A stretch of 64,000 nt of DNA from Candidatus Fraserbacteria bacterium (GTDB lineage: Bacteria > Bipolaricaulota > Bipolaricaulia > RBG-16-55-9 > DRXL01), in assembly GCA_947085185.1 (NCBI GenBank), contig CAMTVK010000017.1:1-64000 (forward strand), given 5' to 3'. The translations under genes and the position numbers were made by a program. The notes beneath the pieces were generated by a model. It did not search any database. It was not told where the DNA came from and worked only from the letters and a program-made list of their open reading frames with translations. This document shows, piece by piece, positions 40,408-49,571 of this stretch. How positions within the stretch are numbered: position 1 is the stretch's first letter; every line of letters begins with the position of its first letter.

Positions 40408-41037
40408 TCACGCTGCTAACTCTTTAAGAAATCTTAGCACGACAGCGATCTCGTCTTCGGCGAGAGACTTTTCGGCGCGCGCTAGGCTCAGCACGTCGTC
40501 CCAGGTGACGAGCGAGTAGAGCGCGATCCCGTGCGCGCGCAGGGTATCGCGCGCTCTGTGCAGCCCGGCCTCGCGCGAAAGATATTCGAACACACAGAGA
40601 CAGTGCTGCACCGTGCCCCCGGCACTCTCGATCCCTCGCTTGAAATTGAGCTTGCTCCCCCCATCAGTGACCAAATCTTCGACGAGCAAGACGCGCTGCC
40701 CCGACTCTAAGACGCCCTCGATTTGAGAAGACTTTCCGTAGCCCTTAGGCTCTTTACGCACGTAGATCATGGGCCTGCTGAGCTTCTCAGCTAAGAGCGC
40801 GGCATAGGCGATCCCCGCCGTCTCGCCCCCGGCAATGACGTCTATCTTGGAGAGCCCAATGCGCTCTTGAGCGATCTGCGCGAACGACTCGATAATCTGC
40901 GTGCGAATCTGGGGGAAGGAGATGAGGCGCCGCACGTCCACATAGACCGGCGAGAGCCGCCCCGACGCAAGCCGAAACGGTTCGTGTGGGCGAATCTGCA
41001 CCGAACGAGTCCGCAAGAGCTGCTGCGCTAGGTTCAT
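40408..41037 (-). CDS. pyrE: orotate phosphoribosyltransferase
   Basis: LASGRLSPVYVD, YVRKEPKGYG, VEDLVTDGGS. Confidence 0.93.
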   Translation of the reverse strand: MNLAQQLLRTRSVQIRPHEPFRLASGRLSPVYVDVRRLISFPQIRTQIIESFAQIAQERIGLSKIDVIAGGETAGIAYAALLAEKLSRPMIYVRKEPKGYGKSSQIEGVLESGQRVLLVEDLVTDGGSKLNFKRGIESAGGTVQHCLCVFEYLSREAGLHRARDTLRAHGIALYSLVTWDDVLSLARAEKSLAEDEIAVVLRFLKELAA

Positions 41038-41145
41038 CGCGAAATATCATACTTATCCGAAAGGAGGCAGTCAAGAGCTCCATTTGCCTTCCCCTAGGAA
41101 GCTTGCTATAAATAAGTCATCGAAAACATCTTGAGGGAGGTTCGT

Positions 41146-43992
41146 ATGAGACAATGTGCCGTCGGTGTGCTGATGTTGGGAATCGTCGCGATCTTCTCGC
41201 TGGGGCCACTAGCTCAGGCTGTTCAGAAGCTCGAGCCCGTAGTGATACCCGGGCTGAGCGCCTCGGTCACGGTCATTCAAGACAAGTACGGGATTCCGCA
41301 TGTCTTCGCGCAGAATGCGCTAGACTTATACCGAGTTGTGGGATGGCTCCACGCGCGTGATCGGCTCTGGCAGATGGATAACTTACGGCGCACGGCCAAC
41401 GGCACGCTCGCGGAGTTGCTCGGTCCACGAGCGCTCTCTCAAGACGTCGCGTTGAGAACGCTGGGCATCCGTCGCGCCGCGGAGCTGAGCGAAAAGCTCC
41501 TCACCAAAGAGATTCGTGCAGAGCTAGAAGCCTACGTCGCCGGTGTCAATGCGTATATTCAAAAGATCAACGAGACCGGGCAGCTCCCCCCAGAGTACAA
41601 AGAGATCGAAGTCACAAGAGTCGCTCCCTGGACGCTGCTTGACACCCTCGCCATGGGCAAGCTCCTGACGTTCGATCTCTCCTTTGATATTGACGCGTCC
41701 AACGTGCTCACGTATTTTAAGTACCGAGAAGTAGGGGGCAAGCGGGGATTTAATGGGCATGCGCTCTTCTTTGAGGATCTCTTCCGGTCGGCGCCTTCCG
41801 ATCCGGCGACGATCTTGGGGAGCGCTACCGGGCGTTTGGCGTCCGGGCCGTCTTGGAGTTCAGCACTGCCGGAGCTCTCCCCGACCGTGCTCTCTCTCTT
41901 AGCGGAGTTCGTGGAGCGATTGCGCGAGATCGAGTTCTTTGAGCCGATCTTCCGTGGTGCGGAGCTCATGGAGAGCGGCAGCAACTGGTGGCTCATCTCT
42001 GGCAAGCTCACCGCCAGCGGGTATCCCATTCTTGCCAACGACCCCCATCTGGGGTTGGACATGCCCGGCGTCTGGTACGCGATCCATCAGAAGTCTGCCG
42101 ACGGCATCAACGTTGTGGGCACGACCTTCCCTGGCATCCCCTACGTGATCTTGGGGCACAACGAGAGGATCGCCTGGTCGGCGACGGTCAATCCCCTGGA
42201 CGAGACGGATATGTACCAAGAATCGGTCGTCGCGCGAGATGGCAAGCTCTTCAGCAATTACCAAGGGAAGCTCGAGCCCCTCGTCACTCTCGAAGAATCA
42301 TATAGAGTCAACAGAGTGGGCGACGGTCAGCTCGATAACTTCGAAGACGCGCCCAAGACCACAACGTACATTATCCCGCGGCACGGCCCCGTAGTCAGTC
42401 TCGATCTTGCGAGCGGCCAAGCCGTGACCATTCAGTACACGGGTTTTTATGCTACGCAAGAGTTCAGGACATTTCGTCTGTGGAACCGCGCTCAAAATCT
42501 GGAGCAGTTCCAAGAAGGGATCAAGTACTTCGACGTAGGCTCTCAAAATTGGGGCTATGCGGATGTCGCGGGCAACATCGCGTACTTCACTGGGGCCGAA
42601 GCTCCCTTGCGGGAGGACTTGGAGCGCGGCGCAGCTGCGTTTGGGTTGCCGCCGTTCTTCGTGCGCGACGGAACAGGGTCTGCCGGCCACGAGTGGGTCG
42701 CCCTTCAAGGGCAGCCTGAAGAGGGGCATTCGATCCCCTTCGCTATACTGCCCATCAGCGAGATGCCCCAGACGATCAACCCGCCCTCAGGGTTTATTGT
42801 GAGCGCCAATAATGACCCCGTCGGTGTTACAGTAGACAACGATCCGCTCAACCAGAAGCGCCCCGGCAGCAACGCGATCTATTACTTAGACTGGACCTAC
42901 GACATCGGCTTCCGCGCCGGCAGGATCACCGAGCTCATCAAACAAAAAGTCGCCAAGGGCGAGAAGTTTTCCGTCGAAGACATCATGAAGATCCAGTCGG
43001 ACACGGCCTCGCTCATCGCGCGGCGGCTTGTGCCCTTTATCACCGAAGCCCTCAAGAACGCGCGCGACGAGTCCGCCCCAGATGAGCTGAAGGCACTCCT
43101 GCAAGACGCGCGCGTGCTCGAAGCTCTCGAAAGATATCTCTCGAAGTGGAGCTTCGCCACCCCTACGGGTCTCCCCGAGGGCTTCGATGAGAACGACTCT
43201 GTCGGTACCGACGGCAAGAGCTTTTCGCTCAACACCCCCTCCGAAGCCGAGATCACCGACAGCGTCGCCACAACGATCTTTAACGTCTGGCTGAGCGTCT
43301 TCATTCGTAGAGTCATTGACGACACATTGGATCGCTTGGACAAGACGATGCCCAAGCCCGGCGGGTTCTTCGCCGTGAAGGCTCTTATCAATCTTTTAGA
43401 GAGATTCCCGAAGAAGCATGGCAAGGGGGAGTCGGACGTGGACTTCTTCGATGTGCCTGAGCTCTTCTTGGCCCCTGAAGAAGAGCGCGACTGGCTCATC
43501 TTGAAGAGCTTGCAAGAGGCTCTCGATCTCTTAAAGGGCGACGCGTTCGCGGTGGCGTACAACAAATCTGAGGAGCTCTCGGAGTATCGTTGGGGGAAGA
43601 TCCATCGCATTACTTTCAAGAACGCGTTGCACCCTCAGACGAATAAGTTCAGCATTCCGCCGGCGGTCTACTCTCAGCCGGAGTACGCCGATGGGCTGCC
43701 GGTGGACGGGACGCTCGCGGCCGTGGACGTCGCCAACTACAACGTGAAGGGCACATCAGCAAAGGACTTTGGGTTCAGCCGCGGGCCGTCGCAACGCCAT
43801 ATCGTCGAGCTCAACCCCAACGGGATCAGGGCGTGGAACGCGCTGCCTACTGGTCAAAGCGGGGTGGTGAACACACCGCACTTTGGGGATCTGCTCGCCT
43901 ATTGGCTTGTGAACGATTACTACCCGGTGCTCTTCACCGACGAGGAGGTCAAAGCGAACGCCGAGTCCGAGCAAGAGTTTCGCGGGAGCTGA
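41146..43992 (+). CDS. penicillin acylase family (Ntn-hydrolase) protein, secreted
   Basis: signal peptide, DKYGIPHV, DRLWQMD, GSNWW beta-chain start, ANDPHL. Confidence 0.92.
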   Translation: MRQCAVGVLMLGIVAIFSLGPLAQAVQKLEPVVIPGLSASVTVIQDKYGIPHVFAQNALDLYRVVGWLHARDRLWQMDNLRRTANGTLAELLGPRALSQDVALRTLGIRRAAELSEKLLTKEIRAELEAYVAGVNAYIQKINETGQLPPEYKEIEVTRVAPWTLLDTLAMGKLLTFDLSFDIDASNVLTYFKYREVGGKRGFNGHALFFEDLFRSAPSDPATILGSATGRLASGPSWSSALPELSPTVLSLLAEFVERLREIEFFEPIFRGAELMESGSNWWLISGKLTASGYPILANDPHLGLDMPGVWYAIHQKSADGINVVGTTFPGIPYVILGHNERIAWSATVNPLDETDMYQESVVARDGKLFSNYQGKLEPLVTLEESYRVNRVGDGQLDNFEDAPKTTTYIIPRHGPVVSLDLASGQAVTIQYTGFYATQEFRTFRLWNRAQNLEQFQEGIKYFDVGSQNWGYADVAGNIAYFTGAEAPLREDLERGAAAFGLPPFFVRDGTGSAGHEWVALQGQPEEGHSIPFAILPISEMPQTINPPSGFIVSANNDPVGVTVDNDPLNQKRPGSNAIYYLDWTYDIGFRAGRITELIKQKVAKGEKFSVEDIMKIQSDTASLIARRLVPFITEALKNARDESAPDELKALLQDARVLEALERYLSKWSFATPTGLPEGFDENDSVGTDGKSFSLNTPSEAEITDSVATTIFNVWLSVFIRRVIDDTLDRLDKTMPKPGGFFAVKALINLLERFPKKHGKGESDVDFFDVPELFLAPEEERDWLILKSLQEALDLLKGDAFAVAYNKSEELSEYRWGKIHRITFKNALHPQTNKFSIPPAVYSQPEYADGLPVDGTLAAVDVANYNVKGTSAKDFGFSRGPSQRHIVELNPNGIRAWNALPTGQSGVVNTPHFGDLLAYWLVNDYYPVLFTDEEVKANAESEQEFRGS

Positions 43993-44056
43993 GGCGCGTC
44001 CCCAAGCTGCCGGTGGATACTAATTCGCCGGCTCTACGGGGCTTTGTTGGTCGCGT

Positions 44057-45763
44057 CTATCTCTTCCGGAAGATGACGGCGAGAAACTCTTGCACCCCGT
44101 AGGCATTGGCCGTAAACGCCTCGACATTCCCTAAAGCCTCTGAAGCCGCCAAGATCGCCTTGCGGCTCCACAGAGGCACGATCGGCAGCTCCTCAGCCAT
44201 GATCTTTTGGAGTTCAGAGGCTAGCGCCTTCCGCTTGGCAAAATCGAACTCAAAGTTGGCTTGGTTGATCAGTTCGTCTATCTTTTTCTCGTACTCGAAG
44301 GGATCCTTCGCCCCGGAGAGGTGCCAAAAGCGACCCGGGCTTGACGAAAGATAAAAGCTTGCGTTCAGGAAAGGATCGCTTAGGTGTGTCGTGCCCGCGA
44401 TAGCAGCCACAAATTGCCCGCCCCGCAGCCTCGTGCTAAACTCTGCGAAGGGGACGGCTTTGAAATCCGCTTTTACCCCAAGCCTCCTTAGCCCCTCAAC
44501 GATGAATCTTGCAGCCGCGACGCGGATCGGGTTGTTGTCGTTGGTGATCAACTCGAACTCCAGCTGCTTGCCGGGCGCAAGATTGCGAATGCCGTCGCGG
44601 TCGGTGTCCTTCAACCCCAGCCGGTCCAGCTTTTCGGCAGCCGCCTTGAGATCGTAGTCATACTTGGGGATATTGGGCTCATAATAGGGCGAGAGGCGAT
44701 TGACTGTGCCAAACCAAGGCTCTCCCAAGTCCCTGAGCACTTCTTTGATGACGCGCTTGCGGTCAATCGTCTGGGCAATGGCCTGACGGAAGAGCTTCTC
44801 CCGGAAGACCTTGCGCAAGTCCGGGTCAGTCACGTCGTGATTGAAGGCCCAGAAGTCGAAGCTGTACTCCGGCCCGTCCACGATGAGCTTGAAGCCTCTG
44901 GGCAGCTTTAAGTCGAAAGTCTCTTCGGCTTTCAGGGTGAGTAGGTCAAGCTCGCCGCGTCCCAAGCGCGCTAGTTCTTCCGCTCGACTAGGCGCAATCT
45001 TGGCGATCACTTTATCGAGATAGGGCAACTGTTGGTTCTTGGAGTCCACTTTCCAGTAGAAGGGATTGCGCTCTAAGATCAGCTCCGTTGCGGGGGTGTA
45101 CTTGACGAGCTTGAAGGGCCCGGCCCCGGCGATCTCCCCCAAGGGTGTAGCCAGCGGCCAAGCCTCGCTGAACTTCCCTTGGGCGACGATGCCGGCTAAT
45201 TTATGCTTGGGCAGCACCGGCATGGTGAAGAAGAAGCCCGAGAGTATTGCCGCCGGCAACATGGGGAGCGGGGCTCCGACCGTCATCACGATCGTTGTCT
45301 CATCAAAGGCTTTAACCTCCAGCGGGATCAAGCCTGGAATCTGGTTCTTGGGATCAAGGATGACATCTTTATAAGTGAAGAGGACGTCTTCGGCCTTGAG
45401 GTCGTCGCCGTCCCAGAATTTTAAGCCCTTGCGCAAGACAAACTTCACGCTCTTTCTGTCAGGGGAGACTTCGTAGCTGATGGCCAAAGCCGGCTCGATC
45501 ATGCCGGTCACCGGGTTGACTTCTAGGAGCCCGGCGTGGGTCAGATTGATTAACGGATTGGCGGGGCTCCAGGTCGTGATGGGATTAAAAGATTTGGGAT
45601 CGCTTATCGAAATTACAATTTGTCCGCCGCGCTTGCCGATCTCTTTGAGCACCGGCTCCTTCACGACCTTGGGTTGGCCGGAGGCTATTGGGGCTGCTAG
45701 ACAGAGAATGATTATGGCTGACAATGTCGCAAGACTAAGAACTGCTAAGTTTCTCTTGATCAT
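44057..45763 (-). CDS. ABC transporter peptide/nickel-type substrate-binding protein (family 5)
   Basis: signal peptide, DPKSFNP, GPFKL, LERNPFYW, FRQAIAQTIDR. Confidence 0.9.
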   Translation of the reverse strand: MIKRNLAVLSLATLSAIIILCLAAPIASGQPKVVKEPVLKEIGKRGGQIVISISDPKSFNPITTWSPANPLINLTHAGLLEVNPVTGMIEPALAISYEVSPDRKSVKFVLRKGLKFWDGDDLKAEDVLFTYKDVILDPKNQIPGLIPLEVKAFDETTIVMTVGAPLPMLPAAILSGFFFTMPVLPKHKLAGIVAQGKFSEAWPLATPLGEIAGAGPFKLVKYTPATELILERNPFYWKVDSKNQQLPYLDKVIAKIAPSRAEELARLGRGELDLLTLKAEETFDLKLPRGFKLIVDGPEYSFDFWAFNHDVTDPDLRKVFREKLFRQAIAQTIDRKRVIKEVLRDLGEPWFGTVNRLSPYYEPNIPKYDYDLKAAAEKLDRLGLKDTDRDGIRNLAPGKQLEFELITNDNNPIRVAAARFIVEGLRRLGVKADFKAVPFAEFSTRLRGGQFVAAIAGTTHLSDPFLNASFYLSSSPGRFWHLSGAKDPFEYEKKIDELINQANFEFDFAKRKALASELQKIMAEELPIVPLWSRKAILAASEALGNVEAFTANAYGVQEFLAVIFRKR

Positions 45764-45817
45764 GGGCCACCTCCCATAATTTTGTGCTTTGCTCAACACC
45801 GTTTCGACGCCGAGGGA

Positions 45818-48738
45818 TCACGGTCTCTTGAGAGCAAACTTCACAAAGCTCCGGCCTTGAGTCTCCGGTCCGAGGATCGGCTGGGCATAACCTGCCGTGA
45901 CCTCGACCGACAAGCTGGCAAGCGGGAGAACTATGAAGTTCAACTCCACTCCCACCTCCGCCTTGAGAGAGTCCAAAGGCTCTTCTATCGTCCAGGCGCG
46001 GCCCCCGCGCACGAAGAGACTTATCCTGATCTGATCCAGCTTGGCTAAGTTCAAAAGCGAGAAGTCGAGATCTCGTGCCAGAGGCGGCAAGCGGAGCCGC
46101 AACTCGCCAAAAGCCTTCCGATCTCCAAGCTCGCGCCCTTTGAAAGATTCTAGCTCGGTCAGTGTGAACTTAAACGGCTCTGGCAGCATCCCTAGCCCCG
46201 CTCCTCCCATCACCGTTGCATCCAGATAGACCCACGGTGCCAATCGAAAACGCTTGAAGCCTGTCCAGCTCAGCCGCCAGAAGGGTTCATCATTCCGTTG
46301 CTCGCCCAACTGCTGGCCCACTTGCAGGGAGAAGGTGTGCTGCATGAAAAGCTGGTATAGATCGGAGCGAATGTAGTCTACCCCAACAAAGCTCACCAGC
46401 CTAGAGAGTTCTCCCCGGGCTCCCATCGAGACCTTCACGGTGTTAGCCGGCCACCAGTAGCGCCCGGCTACTGTGACGAGTGGGTGTTCATAGAACGTCC
46501 AACTGAAGCTGAGTCGCAGGTCTAAGTTCCCTGCTCGGGTAGCGGGATCGAATTGGGTCAGGCTTGTCCGTATCTCCAGGGTATCCACGCCGAAGCTTCG
46601 GCCCCCGTCTACCCTGAAGATCCCTATAGCGTTCCAGCGGAACTGCTTGTTGGTGTCAACTGCAGGGAGCAGGGAGAGACTCCATTGCTGATCGGTCCGA
46701 AAACGCCCGGAGATTCCTAACGGCGATATATCAATTACATAAGCGTCCAAAGGGAGCTTGTCTTTAATTTCACCGCCGACGAAGGGCCAATGGACTAAAA
46801 TCCGTTGAGGGAAATGATTGTTAAAGCGGTTGATGTCCGGGCTCATCTCCTGCGGATCAACATGGACTGCTTTGATAGGCGATGAACTCTTGAAGGTGAC
46901 CGTTCCTTGCGGGGCGTCTCCCACCCACTTAGTCTCTAGCACTTCCCCTTGAGCAGTTGTAGCGCGTACCGTAACGGGATAATTCGCATCGCCCTGCTTG
47001 CTCAAGAAAATGGTCGTCTCATAGCCTTCAGAGATCTTTTGAGATGCAAAGCGCTCGACAGCTATGTCTAAGAAGCAAGCTCCGTAGAGCCAACAATCAA
47101 AGAAATCTTTGAGATCTTGCCCTGAGAGCTCCTCGGCCACCACGCGGAAGGCCTCCGTTGTAATGATCTTATGGCGGTAGCGGTTATAAGCTTCTCGGAT
47201 GACAGTAAAGAATGTCTCGCGGCCCAGTAGGCCCTCCAGAGCGCGTAATACTAAGTAACCCTTGTTGTAGATGCGTACTCCAGCGGCGTTCAGATAATCA
47301 AGCTTCTTGTGCGGTTTAACAATCGCTTCATCCCAGCCCCTCTGGAAGACCTTAAGATAGGGTAGCTCAAGGGTGTGACGGCGCGCATTCAGGAAACCAA
47401 CTTGAGACTTGAGGAGTTGCTCCAACAGCCCCGGGCCCAGGTGATTGAAGAGATTAGGCTCGAAAGCCCCGTATTTGGCCTCGAAGTAGGTGAAGGTAAA
47501 GTAATGGGCAAAGGCTTCAGCGAGCCAACCCTCTGCACTCCAATCACTCCATGTGCCAAGGCCCCACCACAGGTGGGCTAGCTCGTGGGCTACAAGCAGC
47601 TCCAGGTTGCGATCAAGAAAGCCGGGGACAGGGATGTCTTTCAAGCGGTAGGCTGAACTCCCTAAGACGATGATCCCATCCGTGGCCGTCCCGACGAAGC
47701 CGTAGAGGCCGGAGGCGGGCCGCTCGGCGATTACTAATCGCTTGTATCCAGAGGGGCCAAAGCGTTCTGTGTAGAAGTCTAATACTTCTGCAGCATAAGC
47801 GGCCGCCAAGCGCCCATAGCTCTCCCCACCCGGCAGATAATACGAATCAATCACGACGTCGCGATGGTGGAGGCGATAGAGCTCTAGCCCTTTGCCAATG
47901 AGGAGCAACACAGAGCGAACAGGAATGTCACTGCTGAGGCGAACGATCTTCCACTCGTTCTCTTGAGCGACGATCTCTTGCTCTTCCGCTCCGCTGACCA
48001 CGGTGAAGTCGCGTGGCACCCTCAATTCGACATCGTGATAGGCTGCTGGAAGCACGAACTGCTCCTGTTCAATGACTTGGGGTGGGATGGCTATTGGGTG
48101 CCAACCGAAGCGCCAGAGATAGACCCCGTTGTAAAAGACGCCATCTCCCCCGAGGCCCCCATCTGTCCAAGCAGTATGGGTGAACTTGCTCTCAAACTCG
48201 ATTTGGATCACAGCGCGTTCCCCTGGGGTGAGAGGCTGAAGCAGCTTGACCCGGAGCACAGTGTCTTCCAGCGAGAAGGTCCATAAGATTGGATCACAGC
48301 GCGTTCCCCTGGGGTGAGAGGCTGAAGCAGCTTGACCCGGAGCACAGTGTCTTCCAGCGAGAAGGTCCATAAGAAGGGCCGCATCGCCTCCAGCCGGAAG
48401 CGCAATGGTTGGCCGTGGGAGTCGGCCACAGACAGGATCTTCGTCCAGGTTGGGTCGAAGCCATTGGGATAAGTCTCATCTATATAGGCTGGGTGTCGGT
48501 AGGGATTGGGGTGTCGGGCCAAGTTGCCCAAAAGCCAGAAGGTGACTGTCTCCAGCGTTTGGCCCGTATCGTTGAAGTAGTCTAGTACCAAGCTCCCGCT
48601 GAGCGTCTGCCGCGCCGGATCGAAAACCACACTGATTTTGTACCGACTGAAATCAGCTTGAGCGCGGGCAGAAGAAGCCCAGACAACGCAAACCAATCCT
48701 AAAATCAAGAGACTAGCTACCGCTTTTCTCATACGCAC
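45818..48738 (-). pseudogene. secreted M1 family aminopeptidase with an Omp85-like C-terminal region, frameshifted by an 86-bp tandem duplication
   Basis: N-terminal part in ORF 48208-48738 (signal peptide), remainder in ORF 45818-48370 with HELAH...WLAEA and YNKG; LWTFSLEDTVLRVKLLQPLTPGERAVIQ present twice. Confidence 0.8.
48203..48374. repeat. perfect tandem duplication, 2 x 86 bp
   Basis: 48203-48288 is identical to 48289-48374. Confidence 0.95.
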
Positions 48739-48812
48739 ATGTAAGACTCCTCCTTGGGATACTAAATTTGTTCGTTAGCTATCAATATATAGCCTTAACC
48801 TGCCCCCTGTCC

Positions 48813-48849
48813 ATGAACCAGTTCAAGCTTTCTCCTTGAACTAGTTCAA
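48813..48849 (-). promoter_or_regulatory. two FNR/Crp-type palindromic boxes upstream of the peptidase gene
   Basis: ATGAA-CCAG-TTCAA (48813-26) and TTGAA-CTAG-TTCAA (48836-49); -10-like TATATT at 48789-48784. Confidence 0.6.
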
Positions 48850-48858
48850 GGACACACG

Positions 48859-49311
48859 TCACGCTTTTTGCCCAAAGTGCTTTAGGAAGCGGAAAATCGC
48901 TCGACGCTTACGCGGGGGGGGGGAGGCAATGAGCTGCCGCAGGCCCGCCTCGTCCAGAATCACCAGCTCACCCCGCCGGTAGACAATCAGCCCGCGCTCT
49001 TGCAGGCTGCCCAGCTTCTTGCAGACCCACTCCGGCGTGTTCCCCAGCATCTCCGCGATCTCCACTTGCGTCAAGGGCAAGTCAATCACCAGCCCGCGCT
49101 CACCCTTGCAGCCGTACTGCTCACCAAGCTGCAAGATCAGCCCAACCAGCCGCTCGTGCGTCCCAAGATACGCCAGCTCAGCCAAGCGCACCCGCAGCTC
49201 TTTGACTTCACCGGCTAGTCTCCTCTGAATCCCCAGTGCGATAGATGAGTTTCGCCTCAATAGCTCCTGAAAGTCTGCAGAGCTGAGCCAGCCCACAACA
49301 GAATCGGCCAA
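48859..49311 (-). pseudogene. 5'-truncated Crp/Fnr family regulator
   Basis: SVSAQALADS (end of cNMP domain), C-helix, ERL, LPLTQVEIAEMLG HTH; in-frame stop just upstream and the N-terminal beta-roll is missing. Confidence 0.7.
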
Positions 49312-49571
49312 TGCCTGCGCCGAGACGCTGCTAGTTTTCGCATCTTTGGCAGCCCGGTCATCTCAGGGAGACCCGTGGCTTTGCACCCCCTCCTCGCAGA
49401 GGGTTCGCCTTGAACAAAGATGGCAGTGGAAGATTACCACAAAAGGGCTGAAAAGACAAGACAGCCCCTGCGCCAAGAGATCGTTACCGGAACGTTTTGG
49501 TACAACCATGTGGTCGCCCCTACAAACTTTTTCGTGGTTCGTTTGTATAATATACTCAAGGAGCGAGCGGC

